Assembly: GCA_018238155.1 (NCBI GenBank)
Contig: JABCTZ010000018.1
Coordinates: forward strand, 1-64,000
Direction: 5' to 3'
Source of the DNA: Candidatus Heimdallarchaeota archaeon
GTDB lineage: Archaea; Asgardarchaeota; Heimdallarchaeia; JABLTI01
Length of the DNA: 64,000 bases
Part shown: one piece after another, positions 1 through 8,876 of the stretch
How positions within the stretch are numbered: the first letter of the stretch is position 1
Layout of the letters: each line of letters opens with the position of its first letter
Program-made: the position numbers and the translations under genes
Notes under the pieces: generated by a model
Databases searched by the model: none
What the model was told of the DNA's origin: nothing
Seen by the model: only the letters and a program-made list of their open reading frames with translations

Positions 1-52
1 GTGAAAGGAAGTATTAGAGAAAATGAGAGAGTGTATTGTAAGAAAGGTTGTT
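1..52 (+). repeat. Direct repeat copy 1 (upstream of ORF 110); may extend left of the window
   Basis: gtgaaaggaagtattagagaaaatgagagagtgtattgtaagaaaggttgtt matches 1968..2019 at 51/52 positions. Confidence 0.95.
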
Positions 53-55
53 AGT

Positions 56-85
56 CTTTACTAATCTTTTCTTTACTAATCTTTT
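56..85 (+). repeat. 15-bp tandem duplication in the leader of ORF 110
   Basis: ctttactaatctttt occurs at 56-70 and 71-85. Confidence 0.9.
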
Positions 86-109
86 CTTCGCAAAAGGAAT
101 GATAAGAAA

Positions 110-1285
110 ATGAAAAAAATAACCATAATTAACACATTACTAATATTTTTGGTAATAATTGGATCGTTTTTAGCAAACGTAGGTGTGATTGCTTCAATAA
201 TACCAAAAAATGTGAATAAAGACTACGATGGGGTTAAAGAAAATCAAGCAGCAGAAATTGATATAAATATATTAGATTTCAAAGCTGTGACAGAGGTTTT
301 TGATTACTTGAAGACTCAAGCAATACTTAATGAGTTTGATATTACAACAACAGTATTTTCATCTGGACTTTTATTTGAAACAGAAAATTCATTGATAGTA
401 ATAGGCCACGGATACTTTGATTCAAATGATCAATACAGAATTGCAGATTATACACAAAACCAAATTAAGCGATTTTCTGAACAAAAGCAAATAGTAGCTT
501 TACTTGGATGTTATTCAAGCACTATTAAATTAGACAATGAAATTCAACTAACTTACTTTGATAAAGTAGATCTTAAAACTGCATTACAAGATTTAGTAAA
601 TCTTCTCGATTGGACAATCAGTCATGAATTCTTACCATCGATGAACATTCAATTATTTGATCTTGACCCTGGTGGGAGTGGAAATGGGTGGAGTTTGAGT
701 AACCCTCCCCCAGCATTTAACATACAGAGAATGGCTTATTGTCCAGAAGACAATATCTATTGGAATTTACTAACATCAACTGGTGTACGATCACTCTCTA
801 CTTATTTATTGAATCATAAAATGAATGCTATCCGTTTTAATTATATAGGTGAATTTCTAGTGGAAACAAGTCCTAACTCAAATTCATATTATATAATAGA
901 TCAAAATTTACAATTTGATGCATGGATTTCCAATCCGGACGGTGTATGGGACTATCTAAATTTTGCAAATACAGAAATTAACGGAGTTTCAAAACCAGAT
1001 TTTCGTGGTAGCATAAAAGTATTTGATATCATAACTCAATTAGTGCAAGCAAATGGAATATCCTATTCTGAAGCAGCTTTCAATTTGGCATTCGTATTTA
1101 CACCGATTGGAATTGCTCTTTGTGGAGCAGCATATTTTATAATCAAATATGTATTTGCCGCTACTTTCTCATTCCTAATATTCTTAGGTTGGGTAGGTGG
1201 TGTGATAGCAGCTATAATCGGAGTAGGACTTGTAATTGCAGCCATTTATTATGGGATATCTGGTTATATTAGAAGAAATGAGTGA
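110..1285 (+). CDS. Secreted protein with putative caspase/CHAT-like (clan CD) protease domain and hydrophobic C-terminal helices; candidate toxin precursor
   Basis: N-terminal signal/TM; LIVIGHG (H100) and IVALLGCYS (C134), each after a hydrophobic strand; LDPGGSGNG linker; Gly/Ala-rich hydrophobic C-terminus. Confidence 0.5.
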   Translation: MKKITIINTLLIFLVIIGSFLANVGVIASIIPKNVNKDYDGVKENQAAEIDINILDFKAVTEVFDYLKTQAILNEFDITTTVFSSGLLFETENSLIVIGHGYFDSNDQYRIADYTQNQIKRFSEQKQIVALLGCYSSTIKLDNEIQLTYFDKVDLKTALQDLVNLLDWTISHEFLPSMNIQLFDLDPGGSGNGWSLSNPPPAFNIQRMAYCPEDNIYWNLLTSTGVRSLSTYLLNHKMNAIRFNYIGEFLVETSPNSNSYYIIDQNLQFDAWISNPDGVWDYLNFANTEINGVSKPDFRGSIKVFDIITQLVQANGISYSEAAFNLAFVFTPIGIALCGAAYFIIKYVFAATFSFLIFLGWVGGVIAAIIGVGLVIAAIYYGISGYIRRNE

Positions 1286-1721
1286 AAAAACAATGACTAT
1301 GATAAATAATATGGATGAAGAACAAAATAAAACAGATACAAATAAGAAATTTGATAATTTTTTTGTCAAATACCTTTTCGGTATGTCGCTTCTTTTTTGT
1401 ATTCCGCCTTTCCTAAAATTCCGCATTGACTTTTCTACTTTGGATCCAAGATCACTTGAAGCTAACTTGTTACTATTTATAATTTCAACAATATTGATTC
1501 TTTTATCAATCTTGTTGTACATCAGTCCTTTGATTTTCCAATTGCTTAAACATAGATCTCTAACGAAAAACGATTTTAGTGCTATTGAAAATGAGGTAAG
1601 TAATCCAACAAAGAATAGTTATAAAACTAGAAGAATATTTTTATGGTTCTGTTCTATTGGCACCTTAATGGTTTTAATAGCTCAAATAACTTTCTTGATA
1701 GTCTTAATTATTATCTGCTAA
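1278..1721 (+). CDS. Small 3-TM membrane protein, translationally coupled to ORF 110; candidate immunity protein
   Basis: ATG at 1278 overlaps the upstream stop (ATGAGTGA); three hydrophobic segments; paralogous to 2048..2500. Confidence 0.65.
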   Translation: MSEKTMTMINNMDEEQNKTDTNKKFDNFFVKYLFGMSLLFCIPPFLKFRIDFSTLDPRSLEANLLLFIISTILILLSILLYISPLIFQLLKHRSLTKNDFSAIENEVSNPTKNSYKTRRIFLWFCSIGTLMVLIAQITFLIVLIIIC

Positions 1722-1724
1722 TAT

Positions 1725-1759
1725 TCTCAGATTGATAAATAATCTGAGATAATTTTTTT
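1725..1759 (+). terminator. Hairpin plus T-tract after the 110-1721 operon
   Basis: tctcagatt-N7-aatctgaga followed by taattttttt. Confidence 0.6.
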
Positions 1760-1967
1760 ATTTATTGATTGCTTTGAAATACTAAAGGGACAAGGTTTTA
1801 TCTACTTTATCTTCAAATGTTGAAATAGTAGTATAAGCTCACTACTTTAGGAAATTTTTTGTTGTTTATATAGCAGGTAAAAATATAGCTTTACATGGTT
1901 GTAGTCACAAGCGACAAAATCTCACAAAACTTAATATCTCTGAGAGAATACTATCAATAATACTTGT

Positions 1968-2019
1968 GTGAAAGGAAGTATTAGAGAAAATGAGAGAGTG
2001 TATTGTAAGAAAAGTTGTT
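1968..2019 (+). repeat. Direct repeat copy 2 (upstream of ORF 2048)
   Basis: 51/52 identity to 1..52. Confidence 0.95.
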
Positions 2020-2047
2020 TCATTGCTATGGGAGAGGTTTAATAGAA

Positions 2048-2500
2048 ATGACTAATGAATCTAGCAAATATAGTAATAGTTCAAATGAGCAAAATAATGA
2101 TAATGTAAGATTTGTATATTTACTAATCCTTACAATGTCAATAGTTCTACTGACAATATTAGTCATCTCTGGTTTTCTTTTACCAACAAGTAACTATAGT
2201 ACAATGAGCGTAATCACATCGAGTGGTGCATATGGTTTAGCATACTTCATTCTTGTTGGTACAGGTCTTTTATTATTGGTATTAGCCTTTTGTCTTGGAT
2301 TTCTAATTCCATTATTGACATTTTCAAGAAAACTAGAAAAAGACTCGAAGCTAAACTTCTCAATACTTAATGAGGAAAGATTAAAACCAACAACTAGAAT
2401 GGGTAAAAGTAAGAAGATGATAAGTGATTTATCCTTAATCATTGGTATATGTCTATTCATTGCTTCTCAAGTAGTTCTATTTGGTTTCATATACTATTAG
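2048..2500 (+). CDS. Small 3-TM membrane protein, paralog of 1278..1721
   Basis: GGAGAGG RBS before ATG 2048; shared pattern PL...K..FS....E...PT....K...IG.......Q. Confidence 0.65.
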   Translation: MTNESSKYSNSSNEQNNDNVRFVYLLILTMSIVLLTILVISGFLLPTSNYSTMSVITSSGAYGLAYFILVGTGLLLLVLAFCLGFLIPLLTFSRKLEKDSKLNFSILNEERLKPTTRMGKSKKMISDLSLIIGICLFIASQVVLFGFIYY

Positions 2501-2508
2501 AACTCTTA

Positions 2509-2531
2509 AATTGGAACTTCAAGTTCCAATT
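2509..2531. terminator. Perfect 11-bp inverted repeat followed by T-tract (terminator or operator)
   Basis: aattggaactt-c-aagttccaatt then cgtttttattttt, just after the stop at 2500. Confidence 0.6.
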
Positions 2532-2678
2532 CGTTTTTATTTTTATGTAAGTGGCAAAGCTATTGTATCGTTTCATTATCTTTATTATTTGATTTCCATT
2601 CATTTCTTTGTTATGATGATTTAGGTATGCTTCTCTTGCTTATCGGGAAAAACAAATAGAGAAAACACTGTCATTGAT

Positions 2679-3654
2679 GTGATTGCTCCCAGCACTCCAA
2701 CTTTCGTAGCAGGGTTTGTTGTCGAGAATGGTGGTATATATGCTCTTGTATTACAAGATAACTACCTTTATCTTGGAAGTCATTATGGTTTAGAGATTCT
2801 GAATATTAGCAATCTTGACAATATCACTAAGGTGTGGGCAGCATTACAATACAACTGGAGCTGTTAGTGCTCTTACTTTGCAAGAAGATTATGCTTACTT
2901 CGCTGCTGATAGAAATGGTTTGGTTATCGTCAATATTAGCGATCCGACTCAACCCGTAGAAGTAGGTTGTTTTAATGATGGTGGGAGTGCTTGGGACCTT
3001 GCACTTAAGGGGTCGCTTGCCTTTGTAACTGATTCTGAAACTACTTTAGAGATAATTAACATAACCAACCCTCAGAATCCAGTTAAAGTTAGCCACTTTG
3101 AGGATGAGGTATATGATGATATGCGCGGATTAAGTATCATATTAAATGGTTCATTTGCTTATCTTGGTACTTCCCACTATGGACTCTTCATACTTAATAT
3201 TGTAGATATCGCTCATCCGGTTAGAATCAGTCATTATTTCGGTGGAACAATGCCAATAAGGGATGAGGGAAATGACGAAATTGTTAGGGGTGTTTTTATA
3301 AGCGAACAGTACGTTTTCGAAGCTGCAGTTTATAATGGTTTATATATCCTCGACGTCAGTAACCCCTCTGTTCCCATCCTATTAGGACAATATACCACGA
3401 TTAATTTTCTTTATGGAGTTTTTTTGCATGAGACATATCTTTATCTGCAAGATGAAGGTGGTGGTATCTTGATTCTGAACTTAACGTTCTATAGTGGTAA
3501 TCCTCCTGGGAGCTATACAGGACTTATCTTAACTTTAATTATCGTTCCCATTGTGGGTGTTGTGATTATTCTACCGCTTTTCTTGAAGTACAAACGAAAG
3601 AAGAAAATGGAAAAGATGATCAATCTCTTTCGCACAGAGAACACTAAAAAATAA
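2679..3654 (+). pseudogene. LVIVD-repeat beta-propeller surface protein with C-terminal TM anchor, frameshifted near 2835
   Basis: Repeats GLEILNISN, GLVIVNISDP, LEIINITNP, GLFILNIVD, GLYILDVSNP are split over ORFs 2679..2867 and 2815..3654; no intact signal peptide. Confidence 0.75.
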
Positions 3655-4093
3655 TCGCTTTGACTTTGACCAATCTATCTAAGAATCCTTTTTTTTCTTC
3701 TTTTTCTTTGTTTTATTTTCTCTCGTCCTTCTTTTCCAGACAAATTTTATAATCGAATTATTTTCATGCGTCAAATATGATTCTTGCTAGGTATTTGCTT
3801 CTTTTCTTCCGTTCATAGCTTCACAACTATTACTGTTCCTTGGATTGATATTTTTGATATGAAGATAAAAACATAATCTTGAAAAGAAATACTCTTAGAT
3901 TGAGAGTCTAAACATATTCTTCTTTTCTTAGTTATTTTCTTTGTGAATTAATCTAGGTAAATGAAGAAAACAAAATAGATTCTTAGCTGGATTTTTCAAA
4001 GGCATTTGAAATCTAATGGTATACTACATAATCATTGACAATTGTTTTAAAATCATACTTTGCTCTCTAGTAAAAAATGAAAAAAGTAGTTGG

Positions 4094-4119
4094 AAGAGGA
4101 AAAGAAGATTCTTCCTCTT
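4094..4119 (-). terminator. Hairpin downstream of paralog A
   Basis: aagaggaa...ttcctctt with adjacent A-runs (T-tract on the minus strand). Confidence 0.5.
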
Positions 4120-4148
4120 TCTTGATACTCGTCTTCACTTGTAAATAA

Positions 4149-7100
4149 CTATACAAGACGTCTGCGTCTTATAACTGCTACAATAAAAGTCAAAGCAATG
4201 CCAATTGTAACAATTGAAGCAGCAAAGATAATACCACCTTCTACCGTGATAGTAGTGTTCTGACCTGGAATTGTTATAGTTGTTGGTGGTGGTGTTTCAG
4301 TTATTGGTGGAAGAGTGATTTCAGGAGTGTCAGAAGCATCAGTTGGATCGGATCCGAGAGAAACTTCAACAAAATCACTGTAAGTGTCTCCATCGGTGTC
4401 AACAACATTAGGATTCGTTCCATGTGTTTGTTCCGCACTATCAGATAAACCATCTCCATCTGAATCGGCGTCATTTGGGTCGGTGAGATATCCGTCCGAG
4501 CCGGCAGTAACTTCTTCTTGATCATCTAAACCATCGTCATCCGAGTCAGCATCCAATGGGTCGGAATTGTGAGTATTGACTTCAGCACCATCTAAAAGCC
4601 CATCGTCATCCGAATCATTATCTGAAAGATCGGTCAAGTAAGTATCAACTTCTTCAACGTTAGTTAATCCATCTGAATCGGAATCAAGGTCAGCATCTGC
4701 AGTATTTGGATCCGTGAAATATCTATTTACTTCTTCGCCGTCTAGAAGACCATCGTCATCACTATCAGCATCATTTGGATCGGTAAAGCTGACAGTCGTT
4801 TCATAGTCATTACTCAAACCATCCCCATCTGCATCTACCTCAGGAATATCCGTAGAATTATTGGGATCCGTTCCGGCAACAACTTCAGCATAATCAGAAT
4901 ATGTATCATTGTCAGAATCAGTATCAGTTGGATCAGTTGAATGAGTCTTTATTTCTGCGCCATCTAAAAGCAAATCACCATCTGTATCATCATCATTTGG
5001 GTCGGTGATAAAACCATCTGCTCCTACTACTACTTCTTCACCATCCAAAATAGAATCGTCATCTGAATCGTCGTCAGTAGGATCAGTTGTGGAGGTATCA
5101 ATCTCATATGCATCAGTTAAACCATCACTATCTGTATCAGCAGCATTTGGGTCGGTGATAAAACCATCTACCCCTGCAACAACTTCCTCTCCATCGAGGA
5201 TAGTATCGCCATCGCTATCATCATCATTAGGATTTGTTCCTAAAGCATATTCAACACTGTCAGAAAGGCTATCAGTATCTGTATCTGCATCTGTAGGATC
5301 GGTAGTATATCCATCTAAGCCAAGAGTAACTTCCTCTTGGTCATCCAAACCATCGCCATCTGTATCGGCTTTAGTTGGATCAGTTGAATGAGTACTGATT
5401 TCAATATTCTCATTGAGACCATCTGAATCCGTGTCAGCACTTAATGGATTGGTCACGTAACCATCTGACCCGGCAACAACTTCTTCATCATCAGTGATAG
5501 TATCACTGTCAGAATCGGCTGCATTTGGATTTGTGCCATAAATATATTCTACTCCATCTGAAAGATTATCAGAATCGCTATCTGAATCGGTGGGATCTGT
5601 GGTATACCCATCCAAGCCGGGAGTTACTTCCTCTTGGTCATCCAAACCGTCGCCATCCGTATCGGTTTCAGTGGGATTGGTATTACTAGTGCCTACTTCA
5701 TAATCATCTGTAAGACCATCACCATCCGTGTCATTATCGTTTGGATCGGTGACATAGCCATCTGAACCGCTGGTCACTTCTTCACCATCAAGAATAGAAT
5801 CATTATCGCTGTCATCATCAGTTGGATCAGTACCATGATAAAATTCACTGTAATCAGATAGACCATCGGAATCGGTATCTGAATTGGTTGAATTGGTTAT
5901 ATACCCATCAGCACCAGATGTGTTTTCTTCTTGATCATCTAAACCGTCACCATCACTATCATCATCAATAGGATTAGTAAGACTGGTGTTTATTTCATAA
6001 CTATCGGATAAACCATCGCCATCTGAATCGGCGTCATTAGGGTCGGTAATATAGCCATCTGCACCGGCAACAACTTCCTCACCATCGAGAATTGTATCAC
6101 CATCGCTATCATCATCATTGGGATTTGTGCCAAAAACTGCTTCATCACTATCAGATAGATTATCATTATCAGAATCGCTATCATTAGGATCGGTAATGTA
6201 GCCATCAGAACCTGCAGTTACTTCTTCGAGGTCGTCAAGTCCATCATCGTCCGAGTCGGTATCATTAGGATCTGTATTGTGAGTGTTCACTTCAACATTG
6301 TCGTTGATGCCATCGCCATCTGTATCCATAAGTGTTGGATCTGTATGGCTAGTATCTATTTCGTAATCATCTGTGAGGGTGTCTCCATCTGTATCATCAC
6401 TTAATGGATTGGTCACATAGCCATCTGCTCCGGCAAGAACTTCTTCACCATCGAGAATTGTATCGCCATCGCTGTCATCATCATTAGGATCGGTATTTGC
6501 TGTGTCCTCACCTCCATCCGATAAGCCATCTGTGTCAGAATCGCTATCATTGGGATCAGTAATGTAGCCATCAGAACCGGCAGTTACTTCCTCTTGGTCA
6601 TCCAAGCCATCCCCATCCGTATCAGCACTACTCGGATCGGTATTATGGGTATTGACTTCAGCATAGTCTCCAAGACCATCGCTGTCTGTATCTGTGAGAG
6701 TTGGATCAGAGATGTATCCATCCACTCCAAGAGTCACTTCTTCGAGGTCATCTATTCCATCTGAATCCGTATCAGCTAAAAGTGGGTTCGAACCAAAGAT
6801 CTTCACTTCAGAACCATCACTCAAACCATCTGCATCTGTGTCTGGATCATGAGGGTCCGTATTGTTGTTATATTCTTCTGTATTGAACAAAGTGTCCAAA
6901 TCAGCATCATCACCACTATCATCAACTAGAGGGTTAAATGATTGTGCTATTTCATAACCATCGGGCATACCATCATTTTCTGTGTCGGTATCAGTTGGGT
7001 CAGTTCCATAATAATATATTTCATCCCAATCTTCAAGATTATCTCCATCGGAATCGGTATTTGTTGCATTTGTTCCAAAATAAAACTCTTCAGTTTGGTC

Positions 7101-8429
7101 ATCGATATAATCGCTGTCGCTGTCCATGTTCCCTGTATTGAAAGCTGAACCATGAAAATGTGACCAAGGCATTGCACCACCAGAAGACGAACCTGTTATG
7201 AGTAAGCAGAATAGTTTACCGCTTCTATCACCAACAACTACTTCTAAATCGCCATCGTTATCAAGATCTCCAATTGCAATACCAGAATAGACATCACCAT
7301 CGACGTCATAAGTCCAGAGTTTGTTTCCAGTACTGTTTATACAATGGATTTTATCATCATTTCCTCCAATGATTATTTCTTGTTTTCCATCGTTATCAAA
7401 ATCTCCTAATGATGGAGAAGAATAGACACGATTAGAAACAGTTGTAGTATAGTTCCATTCTTGATTTCCTTCATGATCAAGGCAATAGACTCTAGAATCA
7501 TATGACCCTATAATCACTTCATAAGTTCCATCCGCATCGATATCTACAACAGCGGGTGATGAAACGATTCCATTATCTGTATCATAAGTCCAAACAGTAT
7601 TTCCACTACTATTTACACAATAAACAAAAGAATCATAACAACCAACGATTATTTCCAAATGTCCATTTCCATTAAGATCTGCAAGAGCAGGTGAAGAATA
7701 AATGTTATTAGGAGTATAATATCGCCAATCCAAACCACCTGTACTGTTTAAGCAGTAAATATATCTATCTCTTGATGCAGCAATTATTTCTACATCTCCA
7801 TCATTATCAATATCACCTAATGCTGGTGTAGCATTGAAATCAAGTGGAAATACAAATGATGAATTATAATTCCATTGCAACGATCCAGTATCATCTAAAC
7901 AATAGACATTCAAATCCTTAGAACCAAAAATTATTTCCAGCTTTCCATCTCCATCAATATCTCCTACTGCTGCAGCACCATCAATATCTCCATTTGCAGA
8001 AAAATACCACAACCTTGTTCCATTGCTACTAATACAGTACAAATTATCATCTGTTGAACCAATTAAAATTTCCAATTCACCATCTTTGTCTAAATCTGCA
8101 ATTGTAGGTGCAGAATCGGATAAATATGTGGTTATAGAATCATTTGTTGCATAATTCCAAATAACTGTTCCATTTTTATCGAAACAATATAATTTTCCAT
8201 CAGCAGAACCAACAAGTATTTCTAAATCTCCATCCTTATCTAAATCTACTAAAGTAGGTGAACATTGGATATCCCCTCCTGTCGTATAATTCCAGAGAGA
8301 TGATATTCCAAGAGCATTAGTCCTAAAGTGGTCTCTCTCAGGTGGTAATCCTCCATTAACTTGTTCCGTAATAAAAAATGCTGACATTATAAGCATAAGA
8401 AAAATTGGTATTGCTTTAATATTTTTCAT
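4149..8429 (-). CDS. Large surface protein A: 8-repeat PQQ-like/FG-GAP-like beta-propeller, long TSP3-like Ca-binding repeat stalk, Pro/Thr linker, TM anchor
   Basis: Eight D[LIF]DxDGxxEI[ILV]xG-type repeats; roughly 35-40 D[TS]DxDGLxDxxE...TDP repeats; ends VAVIRRRRLV. Confidence 0.85.
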   Translation of the reverse strand: MKNIKAIPIFLMLIMSAFFITEQVNGGLPPERDHFRTNALGISSLWNYTTGGDIQCSPTLVDLDKDGDLEILVGSADGKLYCFDKNGTVIWNYATNDSITTYLSDSAPTIADLDKDGELEILIGSTDDNLYCISSNGTRLWYFSANGDIDGAAAVGDIDGDGKLEIIFGSKDLNVYCLDDTGSLQWNYNSSFVFPLDFNATPALGDIDNDGDVEIIAASRDRYIYCLNSTGGLDWRYYTPNNIYSSPALADLNGNGHLEIIVGCYDSFVYCVNSSGNTVWTYDTDNGIVSSPAVVDIDADGTYEVIIGSYDSRVYCLDHEGNQEWNYTTTVSNRVYSSPSLGDFDNDGKQEIIIGGNDDKIHCINSTGNKLWTYDVDGDVYSGIAIGDLDNDGDLEVVVGDRSGKLFCLLITGSSSGGAMPWSHFHGSAFNTGNMDSDSDYIDDQTEEFYFGTNATNTDSDGDNLEDWDEIYYYGTDPTDTDTENDGMPDGYEIAQSFNPLVDDSGDDADLDTLFNTEEYNNNTDPHDPDTDADGLSDGSEVKIFGSNPLLADTDSDGIDDLEEVTLGVDGYISDPTLTDTDSDGLGDYAEVNTHNTDPSSADTDGDGLDDQEEVTAGSDGYITDPNDSDSDTDGLSDGGEDTANTDPNDDDSDGDTILDGEEVLAGADGYVTNPLSDDTDGDTLTDDYEIDTSHTDPTLMDTDGDGINDNVEVNTHNTDPNDTDSDDDGLDDLEEVTAGSDGYITDPNDSDSDNDNLSDSDEAVFGTNPNDDDSDGDTILDGEEVVAGADGYITDPNDADSDGDGLSDSYEINTSLTNPIDDDSDGDGLDDQEENTSGADGYITNSTNSDTDSDGLSDYSEFYHGTDPTDDDSDNDSILDGEEVTSGSDGYVTDPNDNDTDGDGLTDDYEVGTSNTNPTETDTDGDGLDDQEEVTPGLDGYTTDPTDSDSDSDNLSDGVEYIYGTNPNAADSDSDTITDDEEVVAGSDGYVTNPLSADTDSDGLNENIEISTHSTDPTKADTDGDGLDDQEEVTLGLDGYTTDPTDADTDTDSLSDSVEYALGTNPNDDDSDGDTILDGEEVVAGVDGFITDPNAADTDSDGLTDAYEIDTSTTDPTDDDSDDDSILDGEEVVVGADGFITDPNDDDTDGDLLLDGAEIKTHSTDPTDTDSDNDTYSDYAEVVAGTDPNNSTDIPEVDADGDGLSNDYETTVSFTDPNDADSDDDGLLDGEEVNRYFTDPNTADADLDSDSDGLTNVEEVDTYLTDLSDNDSDDDGLLDGAEVNTHNSDPLDADSDDDGLDDQEEVTAGSDGYLTDPNDADSDGDGLSDSAEQTHGTNPNVVDTDGDTYSDFVEVSLGSDPTDASDTPEITLPPITETPPPTTITIPGQNTTITVEGGIIFAASIVTIGIALTFIVAVIRRRRLV

Positions 8430-8507
8430 TTTTGAACATCCTTTGACACTTCAATTTGCTTATGTTCTTTTTTGGAATGATAATAAGAATAAATAGTAAT
8501 TTACTTC

Positions 8508-8529
8508 CAAACTATTTAGTATTTTCCAA
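8508..8529 (-). promoter_or_regulatory. Conserved upstream element of paralog A (BRE/TATA-like)
   Basis: Minus-strand TTGGAAAATACTAAATAGTTTG, identical to 13202..13223 while the flanks differ. Confidence 0.65.
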
Positions 8530-8629
8530 GGAAATTATTTAATAAGAAACGCTCAAAGTAATTTTGAATAATTAATAAACATCTTTTCAAAAGCAAAATA
8601 CCATCAAAGTTCTAGTGCTGAATAAAAAA

Positions 8630-8755
8630 TTATGAAAGAAGGTTCTTGTAATTGTAGGGTTCAAGTGAATGAAGTCTATAGAAGAAAATTGTCTCTAAAG
8701 TTGTTTTACCACTTCCAGAAGCACCATAAATAACTATTCGTTCAAAATTGGTCAT
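8630..8755 (-). pseudogene. Truncated P-loop NTPase remnant (adenylate-kinase/FlaR-like N-terminus), 41 aa
   Basis: Hand translation MTNFERIVIYGASGSGKTTLETIFFYRLHSLEPYNYKNLLS*; Walker A GxxGxGKT; GTGA RBS-like motif upstream. Confidence 0.65.
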
Positions 8756-8824
8756 TAAACTATCACTAACTAAGCCAAAAAATACTAATTAAAAAAAGAA
8801 AAAGAATACTAAAAAAACAATGCA

Positions 8825-8849
8825 AGAGAAAAGGAGATTTCCTTTCTCT
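8825..8849 (-). terminator. Hairpin downstream of paralog B
   Basis: agagaaaagga-gatt-tcctttctct with adjacent A-runs; same position as the 4094 hairpin. Confidence 0.5.
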
Positions 8850-8876
8850 CGAAACTCTTCTTCTACTTGCGTAGAA

